64,000 nucleotides of DNA from Zancudomyces culisetae HAW-14-8 (GCA_052426225.1 JBNJNM010000008.1:1674001-1738000), one strand, 5' to 3'; counted from the first letter of the stretch, positions 11,727 to 24,470 are shown. Numbers and translations are program-made. Notes: generated by a model from the letters alone, not told the origin.

Positions 11727-12924
11727 TTGGTGCTGACACTACTGAGCATATTGTGTCGATCATGGGGATTGCGAACCACCTAAATGATCAAAAGTTTATT
11801 GACTACTGCCAAACTCAGGTGAAGAAACTTAAGCGAAGAAAGTGGCCGTTTAATTTGAAAATATTTGGTTGGGGTTACAACTAGTTTACTATGCCGTGTG
11901 TAGACTAGTGTGTTGTATTTTTATCTTGTGAACAGTCACTATCCAATGCTATTTGGTTGATATGTGTATTTTAGTTATCTATATTAACAAAACTTTATCT
12001 ATAATTTAGAGATATATTTGTTAAAATGTGTTGGCACGCTTTGTGGATATTGTTTTTTGTAGAGTATGAGTTTTACGACTTATTTATGAATAAAATTCTT
12101 AGGATAACATTACTACCATATAATTTCAGATTGGCCAGTGAATAAAATAAGTGATCTATCGATGTAGTAAAGTATTAGATATTATTATGTTCCTTGATGT
12201 CTCGCACAAGTTGGTTTTTTTTAGCTATCTCCTATTAATCGAGGTACAGTTTATTTCGAATATATTGGTTTAAACATCTCATTAAGCTTGACTCAATACC
12301 CATATATTGAAGAGTATAGAAATTAATACAAGTTCAGATGAATTTTAAAATAATATACAATACATTGATTTGTATTTTACTATATATAAATTAGATATAC
12401 ATTGTTGCTAGTTGAAATATTTATCAGGTTGAATAAATCATTCAAGTTTGACATTTATTAAGAATTAAATAATAAAATAGGTTTATTAATCTTATCTAGT
12501 ATATGAGCAGTTAACATATACAATACTAAAAAATATTTCAATCATTTGTTTCTTATAATATAAATACTAATATATTTGTAATTCAGATTGCAATACCAGA
12601 AAAAAAAGTATAAAAGCAATTGTAAAAGATGAAAGAAAAGGAAAAAGTTGAGAGAATGGTAGTAGGAATTAAGAGGAAAGAGAAATAGCGATATGGCTTT
12701 GAATCAAGTTGTGTGTGATCTTGTAGTGCGGGAAATACAACTTTATGGACATTTAGATAGCTTGGTTGAATATTTGCTCATTAAATGATTTCAGCCAGCG
12801 TGTGGTTAGATTATGGGAACTCTCAAAGAGATTAGCACATTTTAATAGTAACACACGTGAGGATGGAAGGTTTTTCCATGATTCTAGAGAACCCAGGCTT
12901 TGGCCGAGTTTTTACATTCATTCA

Positions 12925-13047
12925 AAACCAGGTGGGTTATTAAGTTCATAGCAAAGACAGAAAGGAATTGGTTAGGTAGATATTACACAGGATTCTTTTT
13001 TTGTAGTTTTATGTGGTATTAATTTGATAAATCCATCTAGCAAAAAA
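12925..13047 (+). mobile_element. Degenerate family-B-like LINE 3' end
   Basis: aaccaggtgggt...ggaattggttaggtagatatt...ttgtagttttatg...ataaatccatctagcaaaaaa aligns by eye with the B 3' end (59320-59446). Confidence 0.75.
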
Positions 13048-13850
13048 TATAGATTAACCTTCTAAGTACAGAAAGTACTACGTGTACCAAAATCGGACTG
13101 CTCATTGACATAATAACACTAGCTATCCTTTTCAATATCTTTAATTACTTGTGTTGGCACAAGCATCGACCAAGTGTGTAGAATTCATTGACTACCATAC
13201 TTGTGCTGGAGTGTTTGGCACATATCATACCGCCTGACTGGGATGTACTCTTGGCAGATAAAACCAAATGCTGAAAAAAACAGCTCATCTTATACAATTT
13301 CAACCATGAGAGGCCTTAAGGTTGCCAGTGCACTATTCAGCAGATCTATTCTTTTTTGTTTGGTTTTTATTTGCTCTAAGAAATGAATATCACGTGGGTT
13401 TCGGTTTTGGTGGTTCTCAAGATGTATTCCCCTTCACTTGGCATATCTATTGGTCAGGTTGTTTGTTTTGCCAACAAGTATTCAGTATAATTTATGTAAA
13501 TTACTCGCAAACAATCTACAAAGATGAATAATTTACAATCTACACCAAATATTTCTTGGAATTGAGATTTGATTGCTTGAAAACACAAAGAAAAATACAT
13601 TCCAATAATTCTGATAAATGAAAATAAAGATAGTAAATACAATATTCAACAGTATTAATGGTTTCATCAATTTTTATTCTCTTTTGTTTTTAATCAACAT
13701 CGAATTATAGGTGGAATTGATTTATGGATATGTAGGAAAATACTATATAAATAGAGCAAATATTTCATTAAAATACATAACTACACTTATTCTTAACTCC
13801 TTTTAACAATCGATAGATACGAGGCTAATATATAATAAAAAGTAATAGCA

Positions 13851-14951
13851 ATGAGATTGAACAACAAATCACTTTGTAAACATATAATTACAGCACTCTC
13901 GCTTGGAAGTATAGTTAGTACACATGCTTCCTAAGTTGATAATGTAGACACCAATATTGACATATCACAGAGCGGAGATGGTGACCTAAGTAACAATGCG
14001 AGAATCCTAATTGGGGAACCAGCAAAGAAAGAAGATTTTCCGTATTTTGGGGTATTGAAGACAATTGGTGAGGCTACTTCTAGAAGTTGTGGTGCTTCAC
14101 TAATATCTAATCGAGTAGCAGTGACTGCAGCTAGCTGTTTATTTGACGAAGACGGCAAAGTAAAGCAAGATCTTAGCCTAACATCAGTTTACATTGATAT
14201 CGGAGATACAAAGTCTAGTGCTGTGAGTTTTTTAGTATTGCGTAAAATACATATTCATCCCGAGTTTTCTCCAGTGAACTTAGAAAACGACATAGCTGTT
14301 ATCGAACTAGGATCATCAGAAACAAGTTTTTTTGCCGCGCCTGTGGCAATATACAGTGGAAATTTAGCGGATGATATGGATTTGGTCACGGTAGGTTGGA
14401 ATATAACTTCGGGTGGACAATCAATGGCATCAGGATATTCACTAAGCAAAATTACACAACCACCTTCTTCTTCAAGCTTTTGTAAAGATGCCAATCCCAA
14501 CTGGTTAGATAACAACAAAAATCTGATCTGTACAATGTTAAAGGATATCAAGGGTTTGGGAAATGGGGACAGAGGAAACCCCTTGACATACGAAAATAAC
14601 GGAGTAAATTTACTTGTTGGTATCGCAAGCAATTCACTTAGATCTGGGGATGGTGCTGCTGTTGGTCCAGAAGATGCTCAACCGAACTACTACACGCATG
14701 TGTACAGCTACATTGACTGGATTGTAAAGGTCTCAGGGCTTAAAGAATCGTACCTACTGGATACAACTGCACGACCCTCGCCTGGTTACTTGACGGCTAC
14801 TGCTACTGCTACTGCTACAAATATAAATACAAACACTGATAAAAACACTAGCGGGGATCAAAATACTTCCACTTCTGCCTCAACTATTTTGCAGAGTACT
14901 GGATTTACATTAGCAATACTCTTATTGTCACTGTTAGCTTTACTATTTTAG
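13851..14951 (+). pseudogene. Secreted, probably GPI-anchored, catalytically inactive trypsin-like (S1) protein with an in-frame premature TAA at 13932-13934
   Basis: ATG 13851 with a hydrophobic leader, TAA at codon 28, then in frame R-ILIGEPAKKEDFPY, CGASLI, TAASC (His->Ser), NDIA and GDRGNP (Ser->Arg). S/T-rich stalk and hydrophobic tail. Confidence 0.75.
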
Positions 14952-15167
14952 AGTCATCAATGGCTTTTTGAACTATATGTTGATGCTTAATTAGCTTTTT
15001 TCGTACAGATGAATTTAAGATTGCGATTGATTGTTGTGTCCGATAAGTACAAAACTACAGTCTAAGTGTTTTACCATCTATAAAATCAATTAACTTTTAT
15101 CCTTAATAAAATACCTTGTATTTCACCATGATAAAACACATTGAGTTGAAATAGGGTAGAGATCTGA

Positions 15168-15282
15168 TGGTGGGGCATGGAGTTCCTAGAAGAATTGAGT
15201 AGGGTTGGTTAGGTAGATTTCGTGTAGAACTATTATTGTAGTTTCTGTGGTGTTTATTATTGATCTAATTATTAAGACAAAA
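15168..15282 (+). mobile_element. Degenerate family-B-like LINE 3' end
   Basis: ggggcatggagttcctaga...gggttggttaggtagattt...attattgtagtttctgtgg resembles B ggtatggagtccctaga...ttggttaggtagatatt...ttgtagttttatgg. Confidence 0.65.
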
Positions 15283-15544
15283 CGTATAAAATCAAATGAA
15301 GTATTTATTAGATTTTGTATTATCATAAACTCTATAAAAGCAAAAATTTTAAATTGCTATATAATAAACAACAATACCTTTCTATGATAGAAACAAAAAA
15401 AATAGCATTAAGAAAGTCGTTTTGAGGAATTGTGAATCTAGTGAACCATGGTATATTAAAGTATACCAAACATAAAATAACTCTAGTTTAAAGCCACTGA
15501 GTATGTTGCATTGATGATGCGTACTAAAATTACAGGGGTTTTCT

Positions 15545-15808
15545 TTATTTTTTGTCTTCGTAAATGGCTTGGTCGTACGATGGTGGTGCCTGCAAGCAAT
15601 ACGCGTTGTGTGAGTTCATAATAGACTTTTTCAAACCTCTCCAAACAAAATCATTTCGATCAAATGGTGGGCTATTAAGTAGGCGTATTTGACAACCATC
15701 TTTTCCGCATCGTCTGTCCTTGTAGTCGTCGTAGTTATATGGGTCTACGGATTTGCGATTAAATTTTTGTTTTGCACTAAAAAATCTAGCAAATTCAATA
15801 CTATTCAT
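15545..15808 (-). CDS. Small hypothetical protein (about 87 aa) with a C-terminal PPSY motif
   Basis: ATG at 15808, ORF more GC-rich than its flanks, APPSY motif. No family recognised. Confidence 0.45.
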   Translation of the reverse strand: MNSIEFARFFSAKQKFNRKSVDPYNYDDYKDRRCGKDGCQIRLLNSPPFDRNDFVWRGLKKSIMNSHNAYCLQAPPSYDQAIYEDKK

Positions 15809-16499
15809 TTTTAAGTGTATATGTGTGAGTGTATATGTGCTAATTAAAATATTCAAGGTTTTATTTTTAATCTAAAGAATACTAAGACTTTTGTCTATAT
15901 ATGTTACTTTAATTTTTTAGGTTTGGAAAAAACGCGAATATATACGTATTTTTACAAAAGTGTGTGGCGAGTCTCTCTAGTTGCAAAAAAGTAATTCCAG
16001 TGTGATCGCTATTTATGTGCCAGCTGATAACGTGTTTCATAATTCTCCAAATGCCGACACTAATATTAACCTGTTGGGAAAATGCCAAGAAAATCAAAGA
16101 CATTAGAAAGGGTAAACAAACTCATGTGAATGTTTTATTTGGAAATTCACACATACTGGCCCATCCGTTAAATAGTGCCCGACTCCTACATTCTTTACAT
16201 TTTACTTTTACATTTAATGTTTAATTTATTGGTTCCTATATACCTATGCCTTGTTATTACTCGCAAACCAAGTCACGCATACAATTATTAATCTCATTTC
16301 TCTTGAATTTTTAGATAATCACCAATTAATCTTGGTATCAAATAGTGGATTGAAACAAAATCAAGGGGTTTTTATCTTTAAAAACCATGCAATCTCGTGA
16401 TGTAATGAAAAAAGATTGTGCAATGAGAGAGCTCAAAAAATCAAACAGATAGTTTTCCATCTCTTTGCATTCACACATTATGTTTTCTTTGCTATTTAG

Positions 16500-16770
16500 C
16501 TAATGTTTTATTCTAACTAATCAACCCTGTTAATTTTATACCAATAATTTTGTGGCGTACTTTGAAATAACGAACCATATATGCTCACATTCCACTTATT
16601 TATGCATTTTACAATGATTATTGATTTCCATAAATCCAACAAACTGGGTATTAATATTCAAATATAACACTAGTATAGGAAATTCTAAATATATCTAAAC
16701 AACCAGCTCCTCTTTTCGTAATGGGCAAATTAATTAGTCTCTGTGATCCCTTTCCAGAGAGTCTACCCAA
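16500..16770 (-). mobile_element. Highly degenerate B-like LINE 3'-end relic(s)
   Basis: The reverse strand has aagaggagctggttgtttagatatatttag and agggttgattagttagaata, which resemble B gaggggaattggttaggtagatatt. Confidence 0.35.
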
Positions 16771-16967
16771 AAAACATGTCTCTATTTTCATTCCCATCTC
16801 TATTTCTCACTCTCCAATCTCTAGCCTTCTCAACTTAATTATTCTTGGATTGTGTAATTCCAGATAGAAATTTTGAGGTGAGAGCTAATACTATCAGTCG
16901 AAAAGTGTATGATTAATTGTATCCGTAATTTTGAAAAAAAATATTTACTATTCTACAGTCATAGTAA

Positions 16968-18059
16968 TTAATTCAGACAATTGCCTCGATAAATGGAGTG
17001 TTGTCGAAATTTCATCCGTCTCTTTTCAACCACTACCGTCGTATTACATTTGCAGAACCTAATCAAGTCATGATCATTTGTGTCTTTTGCAATCTCCATG
17101 ATAGATTCGGTATATGAACTCACATTAGCGCCATACTTTATCAACAGTTTGATCATTTCTGCATTTCTGTGGCGACATGCCTCCTTGATTCCAAAACCCC
17201 TGTTTAGAATCAAATTAGGATTTTTTTCAAACAGTAGTTTTAATACTTCGAGATTATTATTCTTACAGGCTTGTATGACCCCACTATGAAATCCTTTCTG
17301 TATCCTTGCTCCATTTTCAAGTAAAATCCTCAACATTTCTATATTGTTGTTTTTAATAGTTTTGATCACTCCGTTGGTAAATTTATCCTTTACATCCGCC
17401 CCCTTTTCAAATACCAGTTTTAACATTTCCACGTTATTCGATCTACAGGCGTAGTATATGAAATCAAATTTGCTGTTATAAAGTGTAGTGGTATCTTTTA
17501 AGATTAATCTAACCACCTCTATCCTGTTTTTATCAATAGCAGATTGAAGTAAGTATGAGGCACCACGAACACCTGGAGAACAAGTTAACAGTAACTTTAA
17601 TGTTTCGTTGTCATCTAAATTAACATACTTTAAATATTTTGAATACCAGTATATTTTTGCACCATGTAGTAATAGTAACCTGATAATTTCAGCGTTCTTT
17701 TCTTTAAGTGCAATTTCCAGCACATATGTATCACCATTAACACATGACCTGTTTTCCAATAATACTTTCACCACCTCAACTTTCCCTGCCTCTATGGCTG
17801 CACCCAGTATTTTAAAATCTCTATCAAGGTCAAACTTGTAAGTAAGTAGTAGTTTCAGTAATTTGATGTTGGATACCGCAATCGACGCCTTTATCCCATC
17901 CAATAAATCGATGTTTTGGATGAGTTTACCTTTTTCAAGTAAAGCATTAGTGATCTTGCGTTTCTCAAAGAGACCAATATTTTTATAACTCAAAAATGAA
18001 TCAATTTGCAATTCTTCCCCCTTCGTATCTGTATTTTCCTTTCTTTCCAATATCCCCAA
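16968..18059 (-). CDS. Ankyrin-repeat protein; 5' part appears disrupted (possible pseudogene)
   Basis: Repeated ankyrin units (AIEAGKVEVVKVLLENR, ACKNNNLEVLKLLFE, ACRHRNAEMIKLLIKYGANV). The ORF opens at TTG, and an upstream coding-like stretch (LSANILSTIFVLAQNPQLSFLNK, about 18180-18270) is separated from it by a stop and frameshift. Confidence 0.8.
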   Translation of the reverse strand: MGILERKENTDTKGEELQIDSFLSYKNIGLFEKRKITNALLEKGKLIQNIDLLDGIKASIAVSNIKLLKLLLTYKFDLDRDFKILGAAIEAGKVEVVKVLLENRSCVNGDTYVLEIALKEKNAEIIRLLLLHGAKIYWYSKYLKYVNLDDNETLKLLLTCSPGVRGASYLLQSAIDKNRIEVVRLILKDTTTLYNSKFDFIYYACRSNNVEMLKLVFEKGADVKDKFTNGVIKTIKNNNIEMLRILLENGARIQKGFHSGVIQACKNNNLEVLKLLFEKNPNLILNRGFGIKEACRHRNAEMIKLLIKYGANVSSYTESIMEIAKDTNDHDLIRFCKCNTTVVVEKRRMKFRQHSIYRGNCLN

Positions 18060-19279
18060 ATCTTATACTACTCGAGAATCATCTTTACTAACCCAATATC
18101 CTCAATCAACTTTGTAAATTCTAGTTGATAATGACGAACACCCTCAACTACAGTATTAAAGGTGCTCACTATTTGCAAAAAATAGTGTATATTTTTGTTT
18201 AAGAATGATAGTTGAGGATTCTGGGCAAGCACAAATATGGTTGACAGAATATTTGCTGAAAGTCAATTAAAAAGACAAGAATTATAGCAGTGTGAATACT
18301 CTAAGTCGGAGAATTCGGTATAGGTAAAAATAATTAAAGCACTTGGCATTACACTTCTCGAAATTTGTTGCCCAAGATACCAGACGGGTCAATTCCAATA
18401 TAATGATTATCAGTATCAAGAACCATCAGGTGTTATTTTAATTTTCTCGAATACAATATTAGTTTTCCTTATTTAATGCTTTGGTTAATTTATTTATTTT
18501 TAGTACTAAAACTGCTAAAACTCGAACAAAAAAAGCAAAATAAACAAAAAGTCATCAAATAGTTGCCACCCCTCCTCCAATCTTTAGGTTTATTTTCATC
18601 CTGTATCCGTAAAACCTACAATGGAGCCTCTGTATAAAAACCGGATACAGCGTCGATTCATAAGTATATGGAAACTGACCGTTGTAACAGTCACACCATG
18701 AAAAGCTAATTCATTCGTTGCTCACTCGCATAACTTGGAGGTGACCCTATTGTTGTTGATATTAATGCTGTATTCATTCTGACTGCTCTATTTTCTTCTT
18801 TTATCGCTTCTAAAATCCTTCGTAACTTTATGTGATCATAGATTAGAAATATTAACATTAGGAATGTTAAAACAGATATACCTTCTACTATAAAAGTATG
18901 GTAATTACTGGTATACTCTATGATTAAAATTTTTGTTTTGCTGAATGTACAAATAGTTGCTGAACAAATGTAGCTAGAAAAATGATACTAGTTAGCAATA
19001 TCGTGGTTGATAGTGGTTTTTTTAAGCTTGAGGTAGTTGTCATATTAGGTACCGCTAGTTGGTTTTTTCGAGAGTATTTTTATGGTTATAGGTATATTCT
19101 ATAGTTGATTTTGAGTATAATAGCAAGCTTGAAAAATATATGAAAAATATAATGCACTTTATTGCTTATATTAAACTTCAATTATTTTAAAATAGAAAAA
19201 GCATAAACTCAATATCAATATATATTTCAACGAGCTCTATTTTTTTGAATAAGAAATATACTCTATTGAAAAAAGTATA

Positions 19280-19600
19280 ACGTAAATATATTTTTGAGAT
19301 TATGTTACAAAGGTAGTATAGTTGTTTAAATTATTTTCATTGTGGCGTGAATACGGAGAAAGTTAAACATTAGTAAATTATTATTCATTCTGTTTCTATT
19401 TTGCTAGTTTTAATTGAAGGAATTGGAAGTAATAATACTTGCTTTCAGACTTTTTTTTATTCAATAGCTCTATATCTGATAAACCAATATATAGTTTGAT
19501 CTAATTTAGTGCTGAATGTGAAGAATCACTGTTTATTTTTATTCTTTGTTGACAGATAAATAATAAAAGTCATTGAGTATAGTTTTAAAACAGTATTATG
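19280..19600 (+). repeat. Diverged direct repeat, copy 1 (copy 2 at about 24190-24470)
   Basis: Shared blocks ttacaaagg.a.tatagtt, cattagtaaattatt, ttgcta...aagga.tgga and ttgtt.a.agataaat occur in the same order. Confidence 0.6.
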
Positions 19601-20072
19601 CCGTGGACTTGTTCCCTCAAATATAAAAATTTAAGCAGTAAAAATCAAAGTGATTATGGATGTTGAACTATATAACAAACAAACCAAATAATGCTATGAG
19701 TTGAACTTCATTATAACTAAAGACATAGAGCTGACTCCATGAATATAACGGATGAATGTAGCTATCACTACTATGCATCCCGTTTGTTGTTCGCATTCTT
19801 GAATCTTTTTTTTAGTTCAATGCAAAAGCTCCGAAACTCCTAATAGTTCATATTCAACCATCTGAATATTTCCTAATCAAATGCAAATATTTCATCACAA
19901 CCACTAGATATATAATTGTTTGTTACACATTCATTAAAAAATACTCCATTAAACGCAAATCCAAAAAAACAATGTAGAAACAAAAAAAAAGGCAGTATAC
20001 AAAATAGAACCAACTAAATTCTAAACAGAAAGGTTGGAATTAAAAAAAAGCAATCTAATAATTGCATCACTT

Positions 20073-23000
20073 CTACAATATATTTACGAAAGCGATCAAT
20101 GAGGTTAGACAGATACCAATTTGACGGTATTCCCAGAAGCCACAGCTAAAACAGTGTACAAAAAGGAATGTGTAAGACTAACACTCTTTGATCGTATCAA
20201 TGAAATTCTTGGGTCCATGAGTGGTGAATTTCTGACTGGCATCGCTATTTTAGCCACGATATAAATTGGAAGTGAGGTTTCTATCATTGATACCTCTGAT
20301 GTTTTTAGAATTATCTGTATTTACGAGATTGCTGTTATTTACACTAGTGCTGGTATTTAGAGGTGTAGTTGCAGTTGTATTTGCACTTGTATTCACAATG
20401 TTGTTAAAGTTGGAAATAGAATCGAGATACCGAGAGTAGTTACGAGGGGTTCCACTTTGAACAAGCTTGATAGATTTGATAACAATAAATCCAATATTGG
20501 TATCAAAATGAAATCTATTAAATGGACCATCACGCAAAGAAGCATCCAAATTATTCGAGGCGGCAGGATTCATATTAGCAGCCATAGAATTGACGGACGG
20601 ATGATCGGAAAGTGGATCAAAGGAAGAATGAGAAGATGCATCGTCAGCATATGTTGTAGGTTCAACAAGGGGTGAAGAAGCGCTGTGGTGTTGAAATTAG
20701 AGAGGAAGCAAGTCGAATAAAAGTGCAGGATTAAAGTCTACACAGATATCAGAGACGGAATAAACGACAGTATTTGGAGGAGAATATTAAGCCAAAAAGT
20801 TGGTTTAGGATTGATATTTGTAGTATGATGGTAGCTCAATTGAAAGGTTTAGAGGTAAGTTCATTGATAAAATGTTGATTTTTTGAAGGTAGCTGGGGAT
20901 AAATAAAGAAAAGGATGGAGAGTTTAAGAGGTAGAAAGTCGAGGGTAACGAAACGTTGTCATTATTATTGTTACCAATATTCTTACTACTATTTTTATCG
21001 CTACAGCCGCTAATGGTGTCAATACCAACACTACCAATATTGGTATTGGTATTATTTTGTTTTTCACTAGTCAAAGCCAGTGAAAATTTGTTTACAGAAG
21101 AATCAATGTTCTGATATTCAGGCTTTGTATACAGCGTGTTACCAAACAAAACAAACAAATCAAATGTCCAAAGCTCCCAAGAAAATTGAAAAGAGGAACA
21201 GTAGCCAACCGCATTGTTACCAACTAAACTGCCATTTTGAGTGCCACCAGCCTTAGAACCTTTGCTCCTAGATGAATAACCTGCTTTGCTACTAGACAGT
21301 TCAAAGTCATTTGGAAGTCCAAGATGGCCTAGTTCGCCAAAAGTATTGCTGTTGTTGGTCGCTTGAAAGTAAATATCAGTATCGCTACAACCCAAGAAAC
21401 CCCATCCCCTCATAATGTTGTAAATGACCTGGATGAACTTAAACTTGGGCTGTTTCTTATGTTACGATTCGATTTTTTGGTAGACTGAGTAACTTGATGA
21501 TATTGAAAATGGTGCGGTATATCAACTTAGATAACACACAAAACCAGTACCACGCATCAGATACAGGTTGCCCTAGCAGTGAAGCATTTTTCTTGATGAA
21601 GAATCAATGGTACTCTCATATGGTGAAATTTCATAATCTTCTACTGTAGTATTTGAGTTCAATTTGAGTTTATTACTTTTGTGATTGTGTTCATGTTTGT
21701 GATTAATTTTTGAATCGTGATAAATCGGGTCGAATTAGATCTAAAACCCTTTTGGTATCGACTTTTCTTATTATTGCAAGTGTGGAATGTCGTCAATTCA
21801 TCCGATGTCAACCCCAAGTACCCAAAACACGGGGCTTTTGCTTTTTTGTTCAGGATTTTGTAGCTAGGAACCAATCCTTTACGGAACAAACCCTCATGGT
21901 CTCTTTGAAAATCTACAGCAAATTTTCGGAACTTTGGATAGTTTGGCGTATCTACCATATCAATCAGATATACAAAATTACTGGAATTGACTTTGCTGCT
22001 ATCACTGGTGTTATATATCCCTATCTTTTGCGACTGTGATATGGCTGCCACAAATTCCGAATCGTTACTAAGAATACACGCGCCAACTATTCCCTCTTGA
22101 AATATTTGTGGATCAAAATACTTGACAGGAACACCAGACCTACTAATTTGGCTAAACACTGCCTCACCCATTTCTGTTCTGAAGGATTCTATAATACTTT
22201 GAACCAAACTCACACTTGAAAACCGTAATTCATCGAATCCACACAAATTGGGTCTCAATACACCTACACATACACTCGAGATTGAACACAAATACCTTGC
22301 TGTTTTTTTCTGTGTCACCACCCTCTGGTAATCCATCATTTTTTCTATTCCTGGCCAAACCATTTTTTAACTGTATACTTGAAACTCTCTCTTTCGCACT
22401 TTCCCATTCCTGGACTTTTTACTTCCCTTTACTACCCCCACTAACTGTCTCTTGTTCCTTTTGTACAATCGATTCAACACCTAGGCTCCTAAAATTCTTC
22501 ATAGTTATTCTATCAACTCCAAGATCCCATCAAAATATCGACCCATTTTCACTTATCGCTACTATGTTTTTGTCACTTCCACCGTCTCTACCAACAGCTA
22601 CACCTATTATATCCTTTGCTAACTCCTCAGCATTTAAGGTAATTTCAAATTCTATTTTTTTACTTATTCTGCCATATTCAATTGCACTAGGTTGTTTCTT
22701 TTCTCTTAACTAAAAAAACCCTCAAGCCCCCTTCTTTAAATTGGAAGACTTTCATTCATCCCAAGCGCCTTGTTTTTCAAAATATTCTGGATCGTGCTAA
22801 ACCTCACTTGTTGCGCTCCCACTGCAGTATTACCCTTAGCTCCCTATTCTTCGATTGACTTTAAATTGGTGTTGGACTGTTCATTAAGGTTTGTGGTCGC
22901 CGTGAAATTTGCTTCCTCCGCCGTATTTACCAAAGTATCTTTTGAATTGATTCCCAACTTTACAAAATTTCAAATATTTCCCTGTGCTTACTTGCTCCAA

Positions 23001-23140
23001 GCAAACTTGAGTATCTCTCAAATAACCACTCAATCAGATTTAGGTCTAATATTAACTTTAGGTCCAGTAAAAGATAATCGTCAATTATTCAAAATTCATC
23101 ATTTATTGTCTGTACCAAATTCAGTTGATAACATTATACT
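20073..23140 (-). pseudogene. Large disrupted gene of unknown family (beta-propeller-like segments)
   Basis: A single frame runs from 21413 to about 20073 with only in-frame stops. Upstream coding-like blocks (NIVAISENGSIF*WDLG; DSEFVAAISQSQKIGIY) are joined by frameshifts. The 5' boundary is uncertain. Confidence 0.6.
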
Positions 23141-23414
23141 CATACATGTTTATTTTTAAGAATCTGGAAGAAAAAGCAGGGAATTATAATTGATTTTCAA
23201 AATTCGATATATTGTAAGGTATAGATTATTTTGGTTCATTTTATTCATGAAAAATAAATATTAACAAATTTTCAATTTGAGGATGATGAAGGTGGGAGAT
23301 TGATAGTAAATTTATATTTATTCATTTGTATTCTTGAATATTAGAAAAAGCTAATCGAAGGAAATCTGTAACTTGATAAAAAAAAATAGCGTTAAAGAAT
23401 AACAAACAGCAAAG

Positions 23415-23891
23415 TCATTCTGAGTTTATGGATAATAATTTTTTTGGCTCTGGTTTAGATTTATATCGCTTTCTCAGCTTATCGATATCCAGAGCTCCCT
23501 TAGAATTTTTTAATTCGTATTCTAAAAGAATTATATCAATCATATTACCCTGTTCCACTTGTAATTTTTTTTCCTCGAACTCATGCTTTTCTTTCTCGAA
23601 GGCCAGTTTTTTTTCCTCTAAGGCTATTCGATCCTTTTCCTTCTTTTCCTCAAATTCATATCTCCATTTCTCGCCAAAGAGGTTTTTGATTTGTATGGAT
23701 AAAATAATAAAGAGACCAAAATATTCGAACTTGGTAATGTTATTCAATACAAAGCTCTCCGTGATTGTTTCTAGTAAAAAGTCTGTTTGTAGTATTAATT
23801 CTGGTCTGGCTAATATAATTATGGAAATAGTGTTTGTTAGCCTCTTTATCGTGGATGACGATGGTCTTTTTATACTTGAAGAGGTTGCCAT
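23415..23891 (-). CDS. Hypothetical protein with an E/K-rich coiled coil
   Basis: 158-aa ATG ORF containing FEEKKEKDRIALEEKKLAFEKEKHEFEEKKL. No family recognised. Confidence 0.35.
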   Translation of the reverse strand: MATSSSIKRPSSSTIKRLTNTISIIILARPELILQTDFLLETITESFVLNNITKFEYFGLFIILSIQIKNLFGEKWRYEFEEKKEKDRIALEEKKLAFEKEKHEFEEKKLQVEQGNMIDIILLEYELKNSKGALDIDKLRKRYKSKPEPKKLLSINSE

Positions 23892-24189
23892 ATTCGGTAT
23901 CAGTGAAGTCTTTATTTCAATTCTAGATATACTCTATACTTGTTTTTCCAAGTATCACAAACAAATTCGAATGGTATAATGTTCAATATAATGGTCTTTA
24001 TTACCATCTATACAAAGGTTAATGATTCTTTGCAAAGAAATCAAGTCAATTCAACATCAACAAGTTATTCGGTATTTATATAATATATTCATAAAGCAAA
24101 GAAAATCAACAACATCTATAAACATTTCAATAAACTCTTTGTGCATTGAATGAGCAAATTTATTGTATCTGGTAGAAAAATAGATGGAA

Positions 24190-24470
24190 TATACTTTTGA
24201 AATGTGATTTTACAAAGGCAATATAGTTATTTATGTTTTTCTGTAGTGCTACGAATTAGTGAAAATTTAGCATTAGTAAATTATTCATCAAAGACAGTTT
24301 CATTTTTTTGCTAATGTTAAAAGGAGTGGAAAGTAAAAGCGTACTTGATATTGACTTTATTTTTCAAACAGTGGTCTTAATTTCATATACCTATACTATA
24401 ATTGTAAAATGTTTCTTTTTGTTAAAAGATAAATCATCATAGTAATTCACTACAACTTTAAATTAATCAA
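24190..24470 (+). repeat. Diverged direct repeat, copy 2
   Basis: See 19280-19600. Confidence 0.6.

Noticed and set aside
20073-23140. Stop-codon reassignment (TAA/TAG = Gln) to explain the in-frame stops
   Set aside because: Conserved genes here (RPL4, RPS28, RPS8, PRP19, LIN1) end normally at TAA or TAG, and the region also has frameshifts.
22216-23159. Plus-strand ORFs 22216-22713, 22770-23159 and 23428-23979
   Set aside because: They are antisense shadows of minus-strand coding-like sequence with no recognisable motifs.
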